A stretch of 64,000 nucleotides of DNA, taken from positions 5,766,001-5,830,000 of the forward strand of contig CM102285.1 in NCBI GenBank assembly GCA_046563655.1. Reading direction: 5' to 3'. This stretch comes from Yuukianura sp. NJ FZ-2021 (Eukaryota). This document shows, one piece after another, positions 11,650 to 25,051 of this stretch. A model generated the notes under the pieces. The model was not told the origin of the DNA. It was given only the letters and a program-made list of their open reading frames with translations, and did no database searches. Each line of letters begins with the position of its first letter. Position 1 is the stretch's first letter. The position numbers were made by a program, and so were the translations under genes.

Positions 11650-12920
11650 ATGCAGCTTTAACTCGAACAATTATGCATGTATAAATAAGTGATTTCACCT
11701 CATAAAGAAGTACTAAACTACATAAAGCCAAACAACCTAAAATCATGTAGAAACACGTAATAATGTTCCCGCTTAAGGACGGGTAAGAGGCAGCGTTTGT
11801 TTACGAACACACTAAGTGGTACAAAAAGTGGTACCCGAAAATAGTTGTGCCGAGTGACTCCGTTCCTTTGCGGAAACGGACATAAGATTCAGTAGAAGCC
11901 AAGCCCTTGGGTTTCAGTTGGGTTCCGTAGAGTGCTAAATTCAAAGTCAAGTTTGACTCCGTTGACACTACAGCCGTTTTCGAGCAAAAAACAAGCATTC
12001 CTAAGAGTCTTTTAAGTTTAGTATTTAGGTCGAGAGGTGTGACAGAAAACAGCATAGGGCTCGGACAGACATGAATAAAGCTTTAAGTAATTTTTGCATC
12101 AATATCAATCCATTTAGAGAATTTCTCTGTTCCAGATCCTGTGTGTAGTATGTAAAAACGTTTATACAAGATTGCCATGTTGCTATGGAACCCAACCACA
12201 TTGAACTATTTAAACATTTATACGCGGGTAATTCGGTATAATGTGCTAATCGCCTCAAAGCTGCATTGTCAGAAATCTCTTTTTTGGAATCTTCAATGGA
12301 AGGTTTGAAAATTACATCAAAAATACGATTCTTCTGGATTCTGCACTCACGAAAGTAAAGCATCTACAGTAGCGCCTTGGTAAAAGCGCAACGTATATAG
12401 CCATGCCATAAACATAAATGGGTAATGTGAAAATATCCCTCCCCGTCGCTTATCACCACAAAGTTTTCCAGCTGATCGAACCGGTGGTACATTTGTCTAA
12501 TGGGTATTGCAGCAGTCAAATGCGACACAACTACTCCCTTGTACGCATTTGTCAGAATAACGGAAATCATGAACCACAAGCTAATCACAACAATTTTACG
12601 ATTTCGAGTTACCTTTTTTTGCGGGTCACAAGAAATTCCGAATAGGCTCCCAAAATATACAAGAAAAAGTCCAGCAGGATCGGACAAACAACATGTTTAA
12701 ATTTAAATGTTATGTGTGCCTCGCCATAGATTACCCAAGTAGGAAAGAGTGTGAGTAAAACTCCTGTTTCTAATATTCCACTCCACGACCACTTATCGTA
12801 CGGTTTCGTGTAAATTGCAAAGCTGAGCACGTCAGTTATACTGTCACAAGTCAAGAAAAACTTATGTTTTCCATCTGAACTGGAACAAATGAACCTTGAA
12901 AGTACTTGATCTCCACCGCT
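11650..12920 (-). pseudogene. Divergent ionotropic receptor pseudogene, paralog of 20281-22590, broken at the BEL element
   Basis: LTCDS...YTKPYDKWSW; LWFMISVILTNAYKGVVVSHLT; FRKG; GNIITCFYM all align with the intact paralog. Multiple frameshifts and stops. Confidence 0.8.
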
Positions 12921-15900
12921 AGATGTATACCAGTCGCTTGACTGACAACCATGACAACAAAAATGACGTCATCGCGGCTGTAACAATGTTGGATGACACA
13001 GTGGAGACATTGGCGGATCTCAATGAACAGGCGCTGACTTTTCTTTTGGATGATGAATCCTCGACCCCAGAGACGTTGTACACGGAGCATCGTGTCAACA
13101 ATGACATCAAGAGAAAAGCTACTCTAGTGAAGATTGAAGCATAGAAGATTCTCCATCCACTTGTCAAGTCACAGAATCGTTCGTCAAATGATGATGACGC
13201 ATCGTCAACCAGCAGACATATGAAAATGAAATTACCGGACAGAGTTACGGAAGTACTCTGGAGAACTGGTCGACTGGATTGGATGGTGGTCACAATTCAA
13301 GAAGATTGACGACGATGACGAAATACACATTGTGGACAAGTTCGGTTATCTCGTTCAGTGTATGGTGCGAGGATCCAAAGCAGAGGAAGCAAGAGAAAGC
13401 AGAGCCCTTGGTGTAAGTGTTGACAACATGGTTGAGCTGTTGTTTCCTATGGTGGAATCCTGCTTGCCGGATGACATTTTGGTTGCATGGCAACGAAGTT
13501 CCGACTTTGGGCGTGATGGGTCCAAGGAGAACCCATCAAAGAGTGAACTTGATTTCCTACTGGCATTTCTGAAGAAAGAAGCTGGCAACAAGGAACAACG
13601 GGCACTTACTCAGGTTGGTTTCGGACCTGGTCCTAGCCAAAAGAAGAAAAGCCACAGCAGTCCGAGAGAAGAAGAAGATGTGCCCACGGCGGCTGGACTG
13701 TTCAGTGGACAATTTGAAAACAAAGAGAAGCCAGGGCTTGTTTGTGAGAAGCAGCATCCTTCCAAAGACTGCTTCAAGGCACAGAAGATGACATTAGAAG
13801 ACAAATAGGAGGTCATCAAGAAAAAGGGTGTTTGTTTTTCGTGTTTAAAAGGTGGACATAGGTCAAATAAGTGTCGTAGTACTCCTCAGTGCCTTGTCTG
13901 CGGTAAGAAGCATTTGGTTCTACTCTGCCCCCCCCCAGATCTCATCGTCATCCAGTGGTTTCAGTGATGGAAAAGAAAAAGATGATGGGAAGAAGAATCA
14001 GACGGTGCTCTCACGTCTCAATTGTACCAGCGAAGTCGTACTCCAGACGCTGATCGTGCAGTTGGAGAATCCAGTGAGCCATAAGAAGAAGAACGTTCGT
14101 GTTCTACTAGATTGCGGGAGTCAAAAATCTTACATCCTAGATTGTACGGCCAAGGAGCTGGATCTGGATCAGAAGGACACCGTGGTCATGAATCATTGAT
14201 TGTTTGGTTACAGTACTGTAATAGTACAGTTACTACAGATCTTGAGGGAAGATACACTGTCTCTTTACCTTGGATCAATGGCTCTCAATCTCTTCCTAGA
14301 AATCGTGCAGTGGCTCAGAAGCGGTTGGAAATCACCACACGGAAGTTAGTGTCTCTGAATCGGTTCTCAGATTATGACAAAGTATTTCAAGAATGGTAAT
14401 CCGAGGGCATAATTTCAGTGGTCGAGGACTTGGGTGACAGTGAGAGTGTTCCGGGTCATTATGTTCCTCATCGCGCCGTCTTCAAGGCCAGTCTAACTAC
14501 TCCAGTGCGTCCAGTGTTCGACGCCTCGTGTAAAGTAGGGAGGAATCCGTCACTTAATGAGTGCTTGGAGAAAGGACCGAATTTCCTTGAGGTTCTTCCG
14601 TCAATTTTACTTCGTTTCCGGATGGGGAAGATTGGTGTGATAGCAGATATCCGTAAGGCCTTTCTAATGATCAATGTGAAAGAAAGTGATCGTGATTTCC
14701 TGCGATTTCTATGGTGGGAGGACAAGCAACGACAAAAAGTGAAAGCGTGTCGGCACAACCGAGCCGTTTTTGGAATGAACTGTAGTCCATTCCTTCTAGG
14801 TGCAGTCGTCTTCCATCATTTGAACCAGCATCGGTATGAAAATCCCGAGGTCAAACTGTTTGACCCCCTACGACTTTGGACTCCAGTTGTCACTTTACCG
14901 AAAGTACTTCCTCAACAAGCATGGAACGAGAACAAGACTTGGGATGAAGAAGTATCTGCAGAAATGAAGACAAAATTCCTCAGTTGGTCCAAGGAATTCG
15001 CTGAAGTGAGTGACAAAGTTCGACTACCTCGGAACTGTACCAGTGGCACAACCAGAGACAACCGAAAGATCCAAATTCATGTGTTTTGTGATGCAAGTAA
15101 GAAGGCTTACGCAACGGTGGTGTTTCTTCGCATTGAAACTGAAGACGGTGTGAAAATCCGATTTATTCAAGCGAAGTCTAGAGTGGCACCGCTGAAACCA
15201 ACCACATTCTCCAGATTGGAGCTTCTTTTGTGTTGTATCTCAGCAAGACTGGTGACAGCAATTAAGTCAGCGTTAGACCTCGAAAACGACGTTCCGACTT
15301 ACCTTTGGACGGATTCCATAACGGCCTTGTCGTGGATTCGCCGAAGTGACGAGTGGGGAACGGAATAGGGTCAAGGAGATCCTGAAGCTGACAAAAGTCG
15401 AAGACTGGAACCACATTCCGGGTTTGGAAAATCCGGCAGATCTGCCATCCAGGGGGACTTCTCCGACCAGGTTCGTGTTGTCGCGATGGTGGGAGGGACC
15501 TGATTTGTTGAAAATGGAAAAGGAGATGTGGCCTAGATCAGAATCATCGGTGGACGAAGTTGCAGTCAATCAGGAGCGTAAGAAGAGTATCATCGTCATC
15601 CGGTTTGTGAGTCTTTTGAAGAAGGAGTCTACGGAGAAGTGCGAGATTCCTACCATCACAGAACTGGAAGAGGCAGAACGAAGATTGATCAAGATCATTC
15701 AAGAGGAATCATTTCCCATGCACAAAAGTGTCATTTAGGGTTTGAGAGTGCAAGTGGACTCAGAGGGACTACTAAAAGTGAAAACCAAAGTGACTAATCG
15801 AGTTGACACAGACACTTTTAGGAAACCAATTTTACTTCCACATTCTCATCCCATTGTCAATCTCATGATCCGGGACACTCACATCTTCAACGCACACGGA

Positions 15901-17440
15901 GGAGCACAGCTGATGATGGCCAAGTTGCGTGAAAAGTACTGGATCATCTAGGGAAGAAGAGCCATCAAGAAAGTGCTAACCAAGTGTATCGTGTGTAAGA
16001 GGTTTAATGGTAAGACAGTTGAGGTTGTGGCTAGTGCTGTACCGGAACCGCGGGTAAGGGAGGCCAGTGCCTTTGAAGTGACTGGAGTGGATCTGGCAGG
16101 CCCCTTAACTCTGAGGAACAGGAAGAAAGCATACATTGTCATGTTTACTTGTGCAGTGTTTCGGTGTGTTCATCTGGAGGTGACCGAATCATTGTCAACT
16201 GATGACTTTCTTTTCTCATTTATCAGATTCTGCAAAAGGAAACAACGGCCATCGATCATCTACTCCGACAACGGAACAAACTTCGTCGGAGCAGTGAATT
16301 TGTTCAAAGAGATCGACTGGGACCTTGTTCAAGAGAAGACGCAGAAACAGAAAATCAAATGGATCTTCAATCCACCTTCCGCACCGTGGTGGGGCGGATG
16401 GTGGGAGAGGCTCATCAAGAGCACCAAGGATCTTCGTCGTAGGATGCTTGGATTCCAGAAGTTGACTTACGTTCAATTGGAAACAGCCTTGTGCGAAGTG
16501 GAAGCTGCGGTGAACCACAGACCATTGACGTACGTCACAGAAGATCAAGATGAATTGTACCATTGATCCCGGTCATGTTCATCCATAATCTTCCGAATTG
16601 TGAAGCGCCGGAGGCTCAACTGATCATGCAAAAGACCCTGGGACAAGAGAAAAGATGGCTGGACCAGCGTTTTCGTTCTGAGTACTTGGGTCAGTTAGTC
16701 CAACGGGGCAAGGAACAGAAGACCAGGACTTTCAACATTGGAGAAATCGTACTCATCGAAGTGGATAACAAGAAGCGGATTTTCTGGCCAATGGGGAGGA
16801 TTCTGGAGCTGCTTCCTGGGAAGGATGGAGAAATTCGGGTAGCCAAATTGAAGACGAAGAATGAACAGCTACTGCGTACCATCCAACGACTCGTGCCATT
16901 GGAATTGAGACGAGATATCGTAGCCACCAGTCAAGACAGCCGAGATTTTTTAATTTTGTGACTTTCCCTTTCGTTAGCACTAAAGGCAAAGGTGGGAGTA
17001 AATGTCGGATAAGTTGGCATTTCTATTTTTACTTAAGCATAACTTTAAGTTTCCCGCCCTTTAAAACGAAAGGTCAGTTTTTCTTGGGACTTAGGGGACT
17101 TATAGGTTTAAGTGTTTTATGTATCCCTTATAAGTTTTAGCTTCGCCATAAGTCGCGTTTATGTGTACTGGGTGGAAGTAGGGTGCGACGATAGCGTCTG
17201 GCGTCTGGCCTTCGGCTATTCTGTCTTTTCTTCTTTCCCTCTTCTTGTTGTGTTCCCATAAGAATAAGTAAGAAAAAGACAAGATTCAGCAAGAGAAGAG
17301 ACAACATCTCCTTTTAAGTTTCTAAGTTGTCAATAATTGGATTAATTGGTAAAGAATATTAATAAACTAGTAAAACTAACATCCGCCTCAGTCCAATCGA
17401 TCAGTCCATTAAGCAGCGTTTGAGAGCTGGCCAAGTGACA
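12921..17440 (+). mobile_element. BEL/Pao LTR retrotransposon, 5'-truncated and internally deleted
   Basis: Gag Cys/His clusters; protease LLDCGSQKSYI; RT RPVFDAS and ADIRKAFL; RNase H HVFCDAS and AKSRVAPLK; integrase GVDLAGP, YSDNGTNF, APWWGGWWER. The RT YVDD region is deleted. No 5' LTR visible, and the left boundary is approximate. Confidence 0.93.
17003..17440 (+). repeat. 3' LTR of BEL/Pao element
   Basis: Follows the purine tract 'aaaggcaaaggtgggag'. Termini TGTC...GACA. Confidence 0.7.
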
Positions 17441-19589
17441 GAACTCCCATTGATGTGGCGTAAAGAACGGGTAGTTTTTTAGCGTCATATTCTACAGCTA
17501 GCGTTGCAGTTGCGAAAATTCTACGACTTTTTTTTCTATTTCCTGAAAATTTCGAAAGATTAATCTTTTCAAAATATTCAAAATTTGGAAATCCAATGCA
17601 GGAGTCGGGGGGAGTCGTTAATTAGTGGTTAATTACTGGGAGTCGTGTGAAAATGGCGTAGATCATGTGGAATATTCCAAAACCGCATATTAAAGTGAGA
17701 AAACGGAGTTGCGTAATGGAACACAAATTTCGAAAAAGAAATTCAGGGGTTTCAAAATTCCAACTGAAAAGGGATATACTCCTGGTAGCGTCGTTATTTT
17801 TTGATTCCACTGAAACCAAAAAACATAGGTTCTGAAGAATTGGAGATTTAAAATTTCCACACATTTTCATGCTTTTATACAAAAACGTTTTTTTTTAATT
17901 TCCATTTTTTAAATTCTAACCTCTTCAAAATTTTCATTGCAGTAGACTTTGGTTTGGTTCCGTGCGGTTTTTCGTCTCCGCTTGGAGCTGGAACTATTCA
18001 GCTGTGCTCCATATATAATCAGGCACAAATTGCAACAAAGATTCCAAAAACGAGATGCAACTGATGTGACATTTTTTTTGAAAATACTATGCTACACTGT
18101 TTGGTTCGAAATCCAAGTCATCAGTATGTAAAATGTCGAATTTTGAGACTAAACAAAAGTTTTACTTTCGTAATTTAGACCCCCTATATAATTATGAAAT
18201 TGCACAGCCCCCTGCAAATGGCGCCCACAGCAACCAGCGCAATTTTTGTTTGTGACGTCGCCAGCTGAAAAAATACCGCAATCGTGAAATTGGAACCCGC
18301 TGGCACCTATGTTACACAAGATGCACCTATATACAAGATGCGTCTTACGAGTTTCTATAGTACACCATCATTAATGGGCAGAATTCCGGTATTTTTCAGC
18401 GAGTGACGTCATTTTTTTTCCACATGGCAACCACACAAACTTTCCATTCGCACTACCTAGTAGTATTCTATTTACCTTGGAAATTGCATATATTTTAAGT
18501 GACCTTCGACTTAACTTTAGCTTTAAACGTTAAATTAGCATAAACTAATCGTTAACTCACGAATTACCGAAGACTGCAGAAGATCAGTCCCATTTGATGT
18601 GACTGTGTGTGTTTTAGCGTATATGGCACCAGGCATTTCAATTTTAAAAAATCGAAATACATATGAGAGAGTGAAGAAGAAGGTTTTAATTGTATTAAAT
18701 TTCACCTTAGATTGCATCCTTACGCAGCAATTATAACAATCTATATTGCAGCCATGAAAGGATATTTTAATAAAAAAAATACTAACGTTTTCAAGAGAAT
18801 AAAGTTTTAAAAATAAAGTGGTTTTTTAAATGGGTGAGTTTGAAAAAAAAAATTAATTCCGTTCCACTCACATCAGAAGCGGCAAAATTTGAAAAACTTG
18901 TTTTTTTAAATTTTGATGAAACTTAATTTCCACATCCATCCGGACTCAGTACAGGAAAAACAGAAATTAACAAACACACACTTAAAAATACACAGACTAC
19001 TTTGATTTGAATATTAAAATCCTTGCATTTTTAAAACGTAACAAACGTCTTAAAAGTACTGTTTTCCAAATAAATTGTTTAACTTCTCCTCTCCGGAAAA
19101 AAGTAAAACTTGCCTAATGATGGATTTTCTCCGGATTTCAGGATTACAGATCCGGAAATGCCTAAGTTGGAAATCCGGTGAAACCTCGTTTAACGCATAC
19201 AATCCTGTTGAGACCCAGCAGTATCTTCCCTCGGTGGCAGTGAATGTCTTTTGCGGTAGAAATTTCTGATGTTGCATAGAGTTGTATGTACCATTCAAAA
19301 ACATTCCGCTGGAACGTATGTGACAAAGCATTTGAACAAATAGAGATGTGAAAATTAACAAGGACATGATTCGTAGTTTAGTTTGAAATCGTGAAGCCAG
19401 GTTGGAAATCCAGTGATACCTCCCTCAACAAATACAATCGTGTTGAGACACAGTGCCATTTTCCATCGGTTAAATTGTAATCCGGATTACGGATCCGGAA
19501 ATTTTAAATTGGTTTTCATCCGGATTTCCTTCTAGACATGCCAAACGTTTGTCGTTTGCCCTCCGTAGTTTTGAAATAAACAAGGTATT

Positions 19590-19993
19590 TGTTGAAAATT
19601 AGCGTTATTTTAGGCTAAGTTTGACTTTCTATGATGCGAATGCTTTTCTGTATATTAGGGTATATAGGATATAAGGTGAAGACAGCGTCTGTCGTTGGGC
19701 GATTCTGATTTTGTGTTTTTTCTCATAAGTAAGAATAAGCATAGGAAGTAAGTAAAAAAAGTAACGGACGACACAACTACTGTTTTGACAGCATCCAATT
19801 TTGCTATTCTCAATTAACCTGTATGTAATTAAGTGTTAGGTTTAAAATAAGTAATTAAAATCAATTCCAACAATTGGACATTGACGTTGGGAGAGAGTAT
19901 CGTTTTCTGTTAACTGAAAATATCCAGTGATTAGAAGGAGTCTTCTACCCGGTGGGTTTTAGCTCCTACTGAAATGCTGACCTACATTCAATA
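19590..19993. mobile_element. Solo LTR (404 bp), probably BEL-like
   Basis: Termini TGTTGAA...TTCAATA. 5-bp TSD GTATT at 19585-19589 and 19994-19998. Patches resemble the LTR at 17003 ('agcgtctg', 'agaataag'). Confidence 0.7.
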
Positions 19994-20280
19994 GTATTTT
20001 TTAGCTGGCGGTCACCGAACACTTACTATTGTAAACTAAAAAATATTCTCTGAGGAGTTGCATGCTTTTTTTTATAGCGAACCTTGAAAAAATTGGCATT
20101 TTGAGAAATCAACATCGCTACCGGCCAAACTGAACCAAGCTAACCTAAGCTACTCCTTGCGTGGCAAGGTCGCATGCTAAAAAATGCACAAAACAACATG
20201 TTTTGAATTGATCGAGCAGACAGTTAAAATTTGAGTCTATTTAAGAGATGTAGACGATTAACAAGCAATCGGTCAAAGTG

Positions 20281-22590
20281 ATGAAGTTTTACACTATGCA
20301 GAAAATTTTTTTAGTTAGTGTTGCTGCTGTTGTGTTTCATTTGTTTGTAGCTGTGTGTGCAGCGGAAAGCAATCCTATACAGATCCAAAACTTACATCTC
20401 CTGGTAAATCAATTTCCATACAGTGATAATTTAGTTCTAACTTCACACACTAGACACACTGAAATCAGCGGTATCGAAGTTCCAATCAAGTTGTATCATA
20501 TGAAGTTCAAACAATTTTACTGTCACAACGCAAGTGGTTACACAAGATACACATATCTGATGAAAAAACCGATTAGTTCTAAAAGTAAATTGAATCACTT
20601 TTCAATTTTTATGATATTCCCTGACACCACTGACCTTCCTAAGTATGGTTGGAAGCCTCAATATTGGGCAAAACTTAGTCCAAATACTGACTCTAATTCT
20701 TGCCGCCTATTGCCTTTCTCACTTGAGTCGCCTACTCATGTATTGAATATTTTTGCCCACGTTGTTGGAAACGAAGACCAAGTGGGAATTGTTGATGGTG
20801 GTATTTCTGGAATGTTGCCAATTCAAACACACAAATTATTTTACAAAGTTCAAAAATGCACAACAAAATCCGACAAGTTTACAACAACAAGTAGAATTTC
20901 CGAAATTTCATTTTTGTTTAGAAATAGACGTTTTGGGATCAATACAACCGAAGCGTTGGAATTCAGTCGTCTTAGAGAACTCATTCTTAGTGAGGCTGAA
21001 GAGGCACGGATTATAGAACATTACCCAAACGGTTATCAGTACGGTACAAACTATGTTAACTTAGAAGGCAAAGGGCGCGTAAACCCGTTTAAATCTTTGG
21101 AACAGCAATTAGGTCAAAAGCTTGCGCTAGTTCATTATGTCCGTTTGCTTCTTCATGAACACATTCAAATATTAGTGCCGCAGGAGATGTATGCAGAGTT
21201 GACCGCACAGCCTAATTTAGACTTACAAATAAAGCTATGGAATGCGGATGCCAATGCTATACTTACCATGCGAGCTCCCTACATATTCTACCACGAATAT
21301 TTCGTTTCTGTTCGAGTCGAGACTCTAAATTTCTTAACTTGTGACGGTACGAGAAACATGTTGACGTTTGAGTTCTACACAACACCATACGATATGCACT
21401 CATGGTGTTTAACAGCAACAGTTGGAATGATCCTGCTACTTTTTATTTGTATCTCCATCTACGTCCGATCAAATTTTCACCTTACACGGGAGCATTTTGT
21501 TTTCTACATGTCCAACTACAGTCTCAAACTATTTAGTAGCCTCCTGGAAGTTTATCACCACGTTCCAGAACTCAAGTCAACAAAGAACAAACGTTTGTTT
21601 GCAACAAGTTTGTGGGTACTGTTAACAGTTGTATTGACAAATGGGTACAAAGGCGTTGTAGTTTCATTTTTAACCACAGAACCACCAATTACAAAAACTT
21701 ATCGCGCTCTGAAGCAATTGAACCGCTTTCTTGTATTTGCCGGGGACGACTCAATTAACTTCATAGATGAGCGCATGAGAATGTTTGACTACACGCGTCA
21801 AAAACTTCAAGTCACAAAAAAATCTTATTTCAGTTTCAATCGATCTCTGGAAGACAGTTTTGAAGGCTGCCTAAAAAACGTACAAGACAAAAAAGTTTCA
21901 GTGTTGCCAGCACAGCGTTTGCAAGGAGGAGATGTTGCAGGTTTTGTAGTATGGTCTCCATCTTACATGTTATGGTGTAAGAAGGATAACATCGAAATGA
22001 CAACTGTAGATGGCATTGTAGTAGACTCAGTACTACCCAAAACAATTGTACTTGGAAGCATTCAACTCGTCGTGGGAATTCTACATGACGCTACTCTAGA
22101 AGTGGAATTGACAACGTTATCAAAAACGATTTCAAACTGTACGAGGTTGGCTTTGATGAGCTTTGATTCCTACCTAGATGCGTTTATAGCACATCATGAA
22201 ATCACCAAAGAAAATAACAAAAGATTGCACTCAAATTCACCTACTATTACGGAAGATGAAATACATTTTCGTAAAGGCGACAACGTAATTGGCACGGTAT
22301 ACATGGGTTTTGAAACAAATGTGCAGCACATTTATAACCGATTGCAGATACTAATGTGCTCAGGAATATTCAGATTGTGGGAAAAGTGGCAACCTGTTCG
22401 CTCCCCAACAGCTTATGACGACATTTCAAAAAAATACGAGGAACTGAAGTTGATAAGAAGCGGTCCGAAAACATTAAACTTGGCGGGAAACGTAATCACA
22501 TGCTTTTACATGCTTGCCTTTTGTTGGTGTGTATGTACTGTTCGGTTTCTGTGTGAAAAGAAGTATTTTGCCTTTGTGTGCCTACCATGA
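20281..22590 (+). CDS. Divergent ionotropic receptor (IR-like), single exon, intact
   Basis: About 770-aa ORF. Signal peptide; NFLTC and 'YTTPYD..SW' before TM1; 'LWVLLTVVLTNGYKGVVVSFLT' TM; 'CSGIFRLW'; final TM. Confidence 0.85.
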   Translation: MKFYTMQKIFLVSVAAVVFHLFVAVCAAESNPIQIQNLHLLVNQFPYSDNLVLTSHTRHTEISGIEVPIKLYHMKFKQFYCHNASGYTRYTYLMKKPISSKSKLNHFSIFMIFPDTTDLPKYGWKPQYWAKLSPNTDSNSCRLLPFSLESPTHVLNIFAHVVGNEDQVGIVDGGISGMLPIQTHKLFYKVQKCTTKSDKFTTTSRISEISFLFRNRRFGINTTEALEFSRLRELILSEAEEARIIEHYPNGYQYGTNYVNLEGKGRVNPFKSLEQQLGQKLALVHYVRLLLHEHIQILVPQEMYAELTAQPNLDLQIKLWNADANAILTMRAPYIFYHEYFVSVRVETLNFLTCDGTRNMLTFEFYTTPYDMHSWCLTATVGMILLLFICISIYVRSNFHLTREHFVFYMSNYSLKLFSSLLEVYHHVPELKSTKNKRLFATSLWVLLTVVLTNGYKGVVVSFLTTEPPITKTYRALKQLNRFLVFAGDDSINFIDERMRMFDYTRQKLQVTKKSYFSFNRSLEDSFEGCLKNVQDKKVSVLPAQRLQGGDVAGFVVWSPSYMLWCKKDNIEMTTVDGIVVDSVLPKTIVLGSIQLVVGILHDATLEVELTTLSKTISNCTRLALMSFDSYLDAFIAHHEITKENNKRLHSNSPTITEDEIHFRKGDNVIGTVYMGFETNVQHIYNRLQILMCSGIFRLWEKWQPVRSPTAYDDISKKYEELKLIRSGPKTLNLAGNVITCFYMLAFCWCVCTVRFLCEKKYFAFVCLP

Positions 22591-23189
22591 AAACTGGGGG
22601 GGGGGGGGTAAGATCTGTCATTAACTGATGAATTTTTAAGTAGTTTAGCTCCGCATTTTAATAAGGTGTATTGACTATCAATATAATAACAAACTTTAGG
22701 AAAGGATTTAATCCCGTATTCTGCAAAGAAAAAAATTAGTTGTTTAACTATCAATCAAACGTTGGTACACCAACGTTTTACTCACAATACTCACCTCACC
22801 ACCCTCAATCGACTTTGTATTAAATTTTAAATAGTGTCTGCGAATTGACTACGTTTATCCTTCATACACATCCGAGAAATCCGAGATACGACATTTGATT
22901 TAGCCAGACCAGAAAATCAAATCTTCACAACTTCTTCACAATTCGTCGATTAAACACGATTTAACAAATTTATTTTTAACTTGAGAAACAACTAACAGTT
23001 GCAAATTTTCCATATCAGATTAGATAGGCGTGTAGCCTCGAAGTTTCAAATTTCTTCAACAGGAAGTTTTTCGTGGGTCAGACATGGAACACATTCCAAG
23101 TGAAGTAAGGCCATTGTCCAATTCCGTATTATTTCCTTTTTTATTAAAAGTTTCCCGTTGTTGAGTAATGGAATAATAATTAATTCCTT

Positions 23190-24790
23190 TTAGATACTCG
23201 TGGAAGTCATAAATCGTATGGACACGGATGATATTCCAACGTTGCGTCTCGTGAGTCGTGAGTCACCGTTTCACTCAGCTGGCTATTCCATTTGTTCAAT
23301 TTCCATTTGTGGATTTTGGAACAGTCACTGACATAGTGAACTTTGTTTCGGTATTTCAACACAACCAAGCCTTTCAACCTAAGCCACAGAAGTTTGGGTT
23401 TAGAGGTAACATCTTGTGCAACCCTGAGCTGCGTCGACCACTGAAAAAGTTTTGTGCCACAATGGGTGAATTCGTTACAAGTTGGGAAATACTGGATTCT
23501 TCCTACGCCCAGACAAGTGCCATATTCTCGGAAATCGGAAAACGTCACAACCTTTTTGGAAAACTGCAAAAATATACAAGAAATAAGTTGCTACATTTCA
23601 CAAAACGGGATGACTCCCTACGTAGCCAAAATTCCTCCATTCAACAAAGTACGCAATAATCAACATCCACTACTCGGATGAAATTCCGCCCACAACGGAC
23701 TACATCCAACTTCTGAACCGAATTATAAAGAGCATGCCAAGTATTTCCAATATTTCAGTGACTCCTAGACCACTAACACAAGCTGCAAACCTTCCGAATG
23801 AACTGGACATACCCCATAACCGAACCGTTGAAGTTGAGTGGTACGGTGGGCATCAGATTCCAACAAGGCCAGATGAACTCAAGGAAATATGTACTACACA
23901 ACTGCGAATTGTTGTCTTGCACCTACTTATTTGGCCACGAGAAAACGTCGACTCAAGATCGATGCCATGTGCAAACAAATTGAGAAAGTGGCAGCATGGA
24001 TTGGAAAACTGACATTTGTGCGCAAGCTTACTATAACTTTTCGACACTCCATGTGGGTGAGCTCTTTACTTTCTTCGATGGTGATTCCGTTCTTGATTCA
24101 GCACATGGCGACTGTAGAATTTCTGGAAGTTAGTTCTATATTCATTTTTGCAGTTCCGACTCAAAAGATTGAACTTCCAGCACTGATGGTACTCAAGTCC
24201 AAAAACTCCGACGCTACTACTGTGGCAAACTTCTCCGGTTGTGTTTTTCCAAACATAAAGTTTGCGCAGATCAGTTTAGACATACGAGAAGAAATTGAAA
24301 AATGGTCGCTGGTCATACCAAATGTTGAAGAATGATAGTCAGTTCTAAAAACTTGGAAGAGATTTTTCGATTTCACAAATTGAAAAAAGTGGACATAACT
24401 ATTGACGACACATACATTCTACAAGAAACTGGTCGCTTGCACTGGAAACAATTAACAGGCGGGGATGAATGTTTATCAAATACTGCAGTTCTCGATTCTC
24501 CGGTTGAACCGCGAAGCATTACGAATTCGGTCGATTTATGATTTTAAGAATTTGGTGAACATGGATGAGTCTGATATCATCGCAGCTCCTGGGGAGTCCA
24601 CAATGCTGGTTATCTCGCCTTCGATAGTTCCTGGAAGACCTGATCAGGATAACCCAAGAGTCCAAGCTTCCCTTGTGACACTGCCATTTCCGGAACAAGA
24701 TAAGGTTGACGTGTTTGGCATCGTTGACTCTCAGGGCATTCCCAACACCAGTCCTGTTCTGTTCGACTTAAAACTCCTAAAATCTTGGAT
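23190..24790 (+). pseudogene. F-box/LRR-like gene remnant
   Basis: 'ILVEVINRMDTDDIPTLRLVS' is an F-box-like N-terminus. It is followed by frameshifted ORF pieces with LRR-like spacing. Confidence 0.4.
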
Positions 24791-25051
24791 TGCCTGTTCG
24801 TCACTTGCCAAAACTTCTAGCAGTTACATGAGTTTTCAAAAAGGGAATTTGCTTTCAATTTTTTTTCAAAAATATTTTTCCCCAAGGTTTGTCAATAACA
24901 GGTTACGTACTACCTTATGTTTTTTTTTAAATTTTGAAAAAAAGTGCAGTTGCATTTCTGGGTATTGTAACCATGACATTATAACTAATTTTTGCACATT
25001 TTGCATAGGAAATTGATACCAAAATTTTATTTTTTTAAATTGGTACCAATG

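Noticed and set aside
22596..22608. Poly-G run after the IR stop codon
   Set aside because: Simple homopolymer with no evidence of function.
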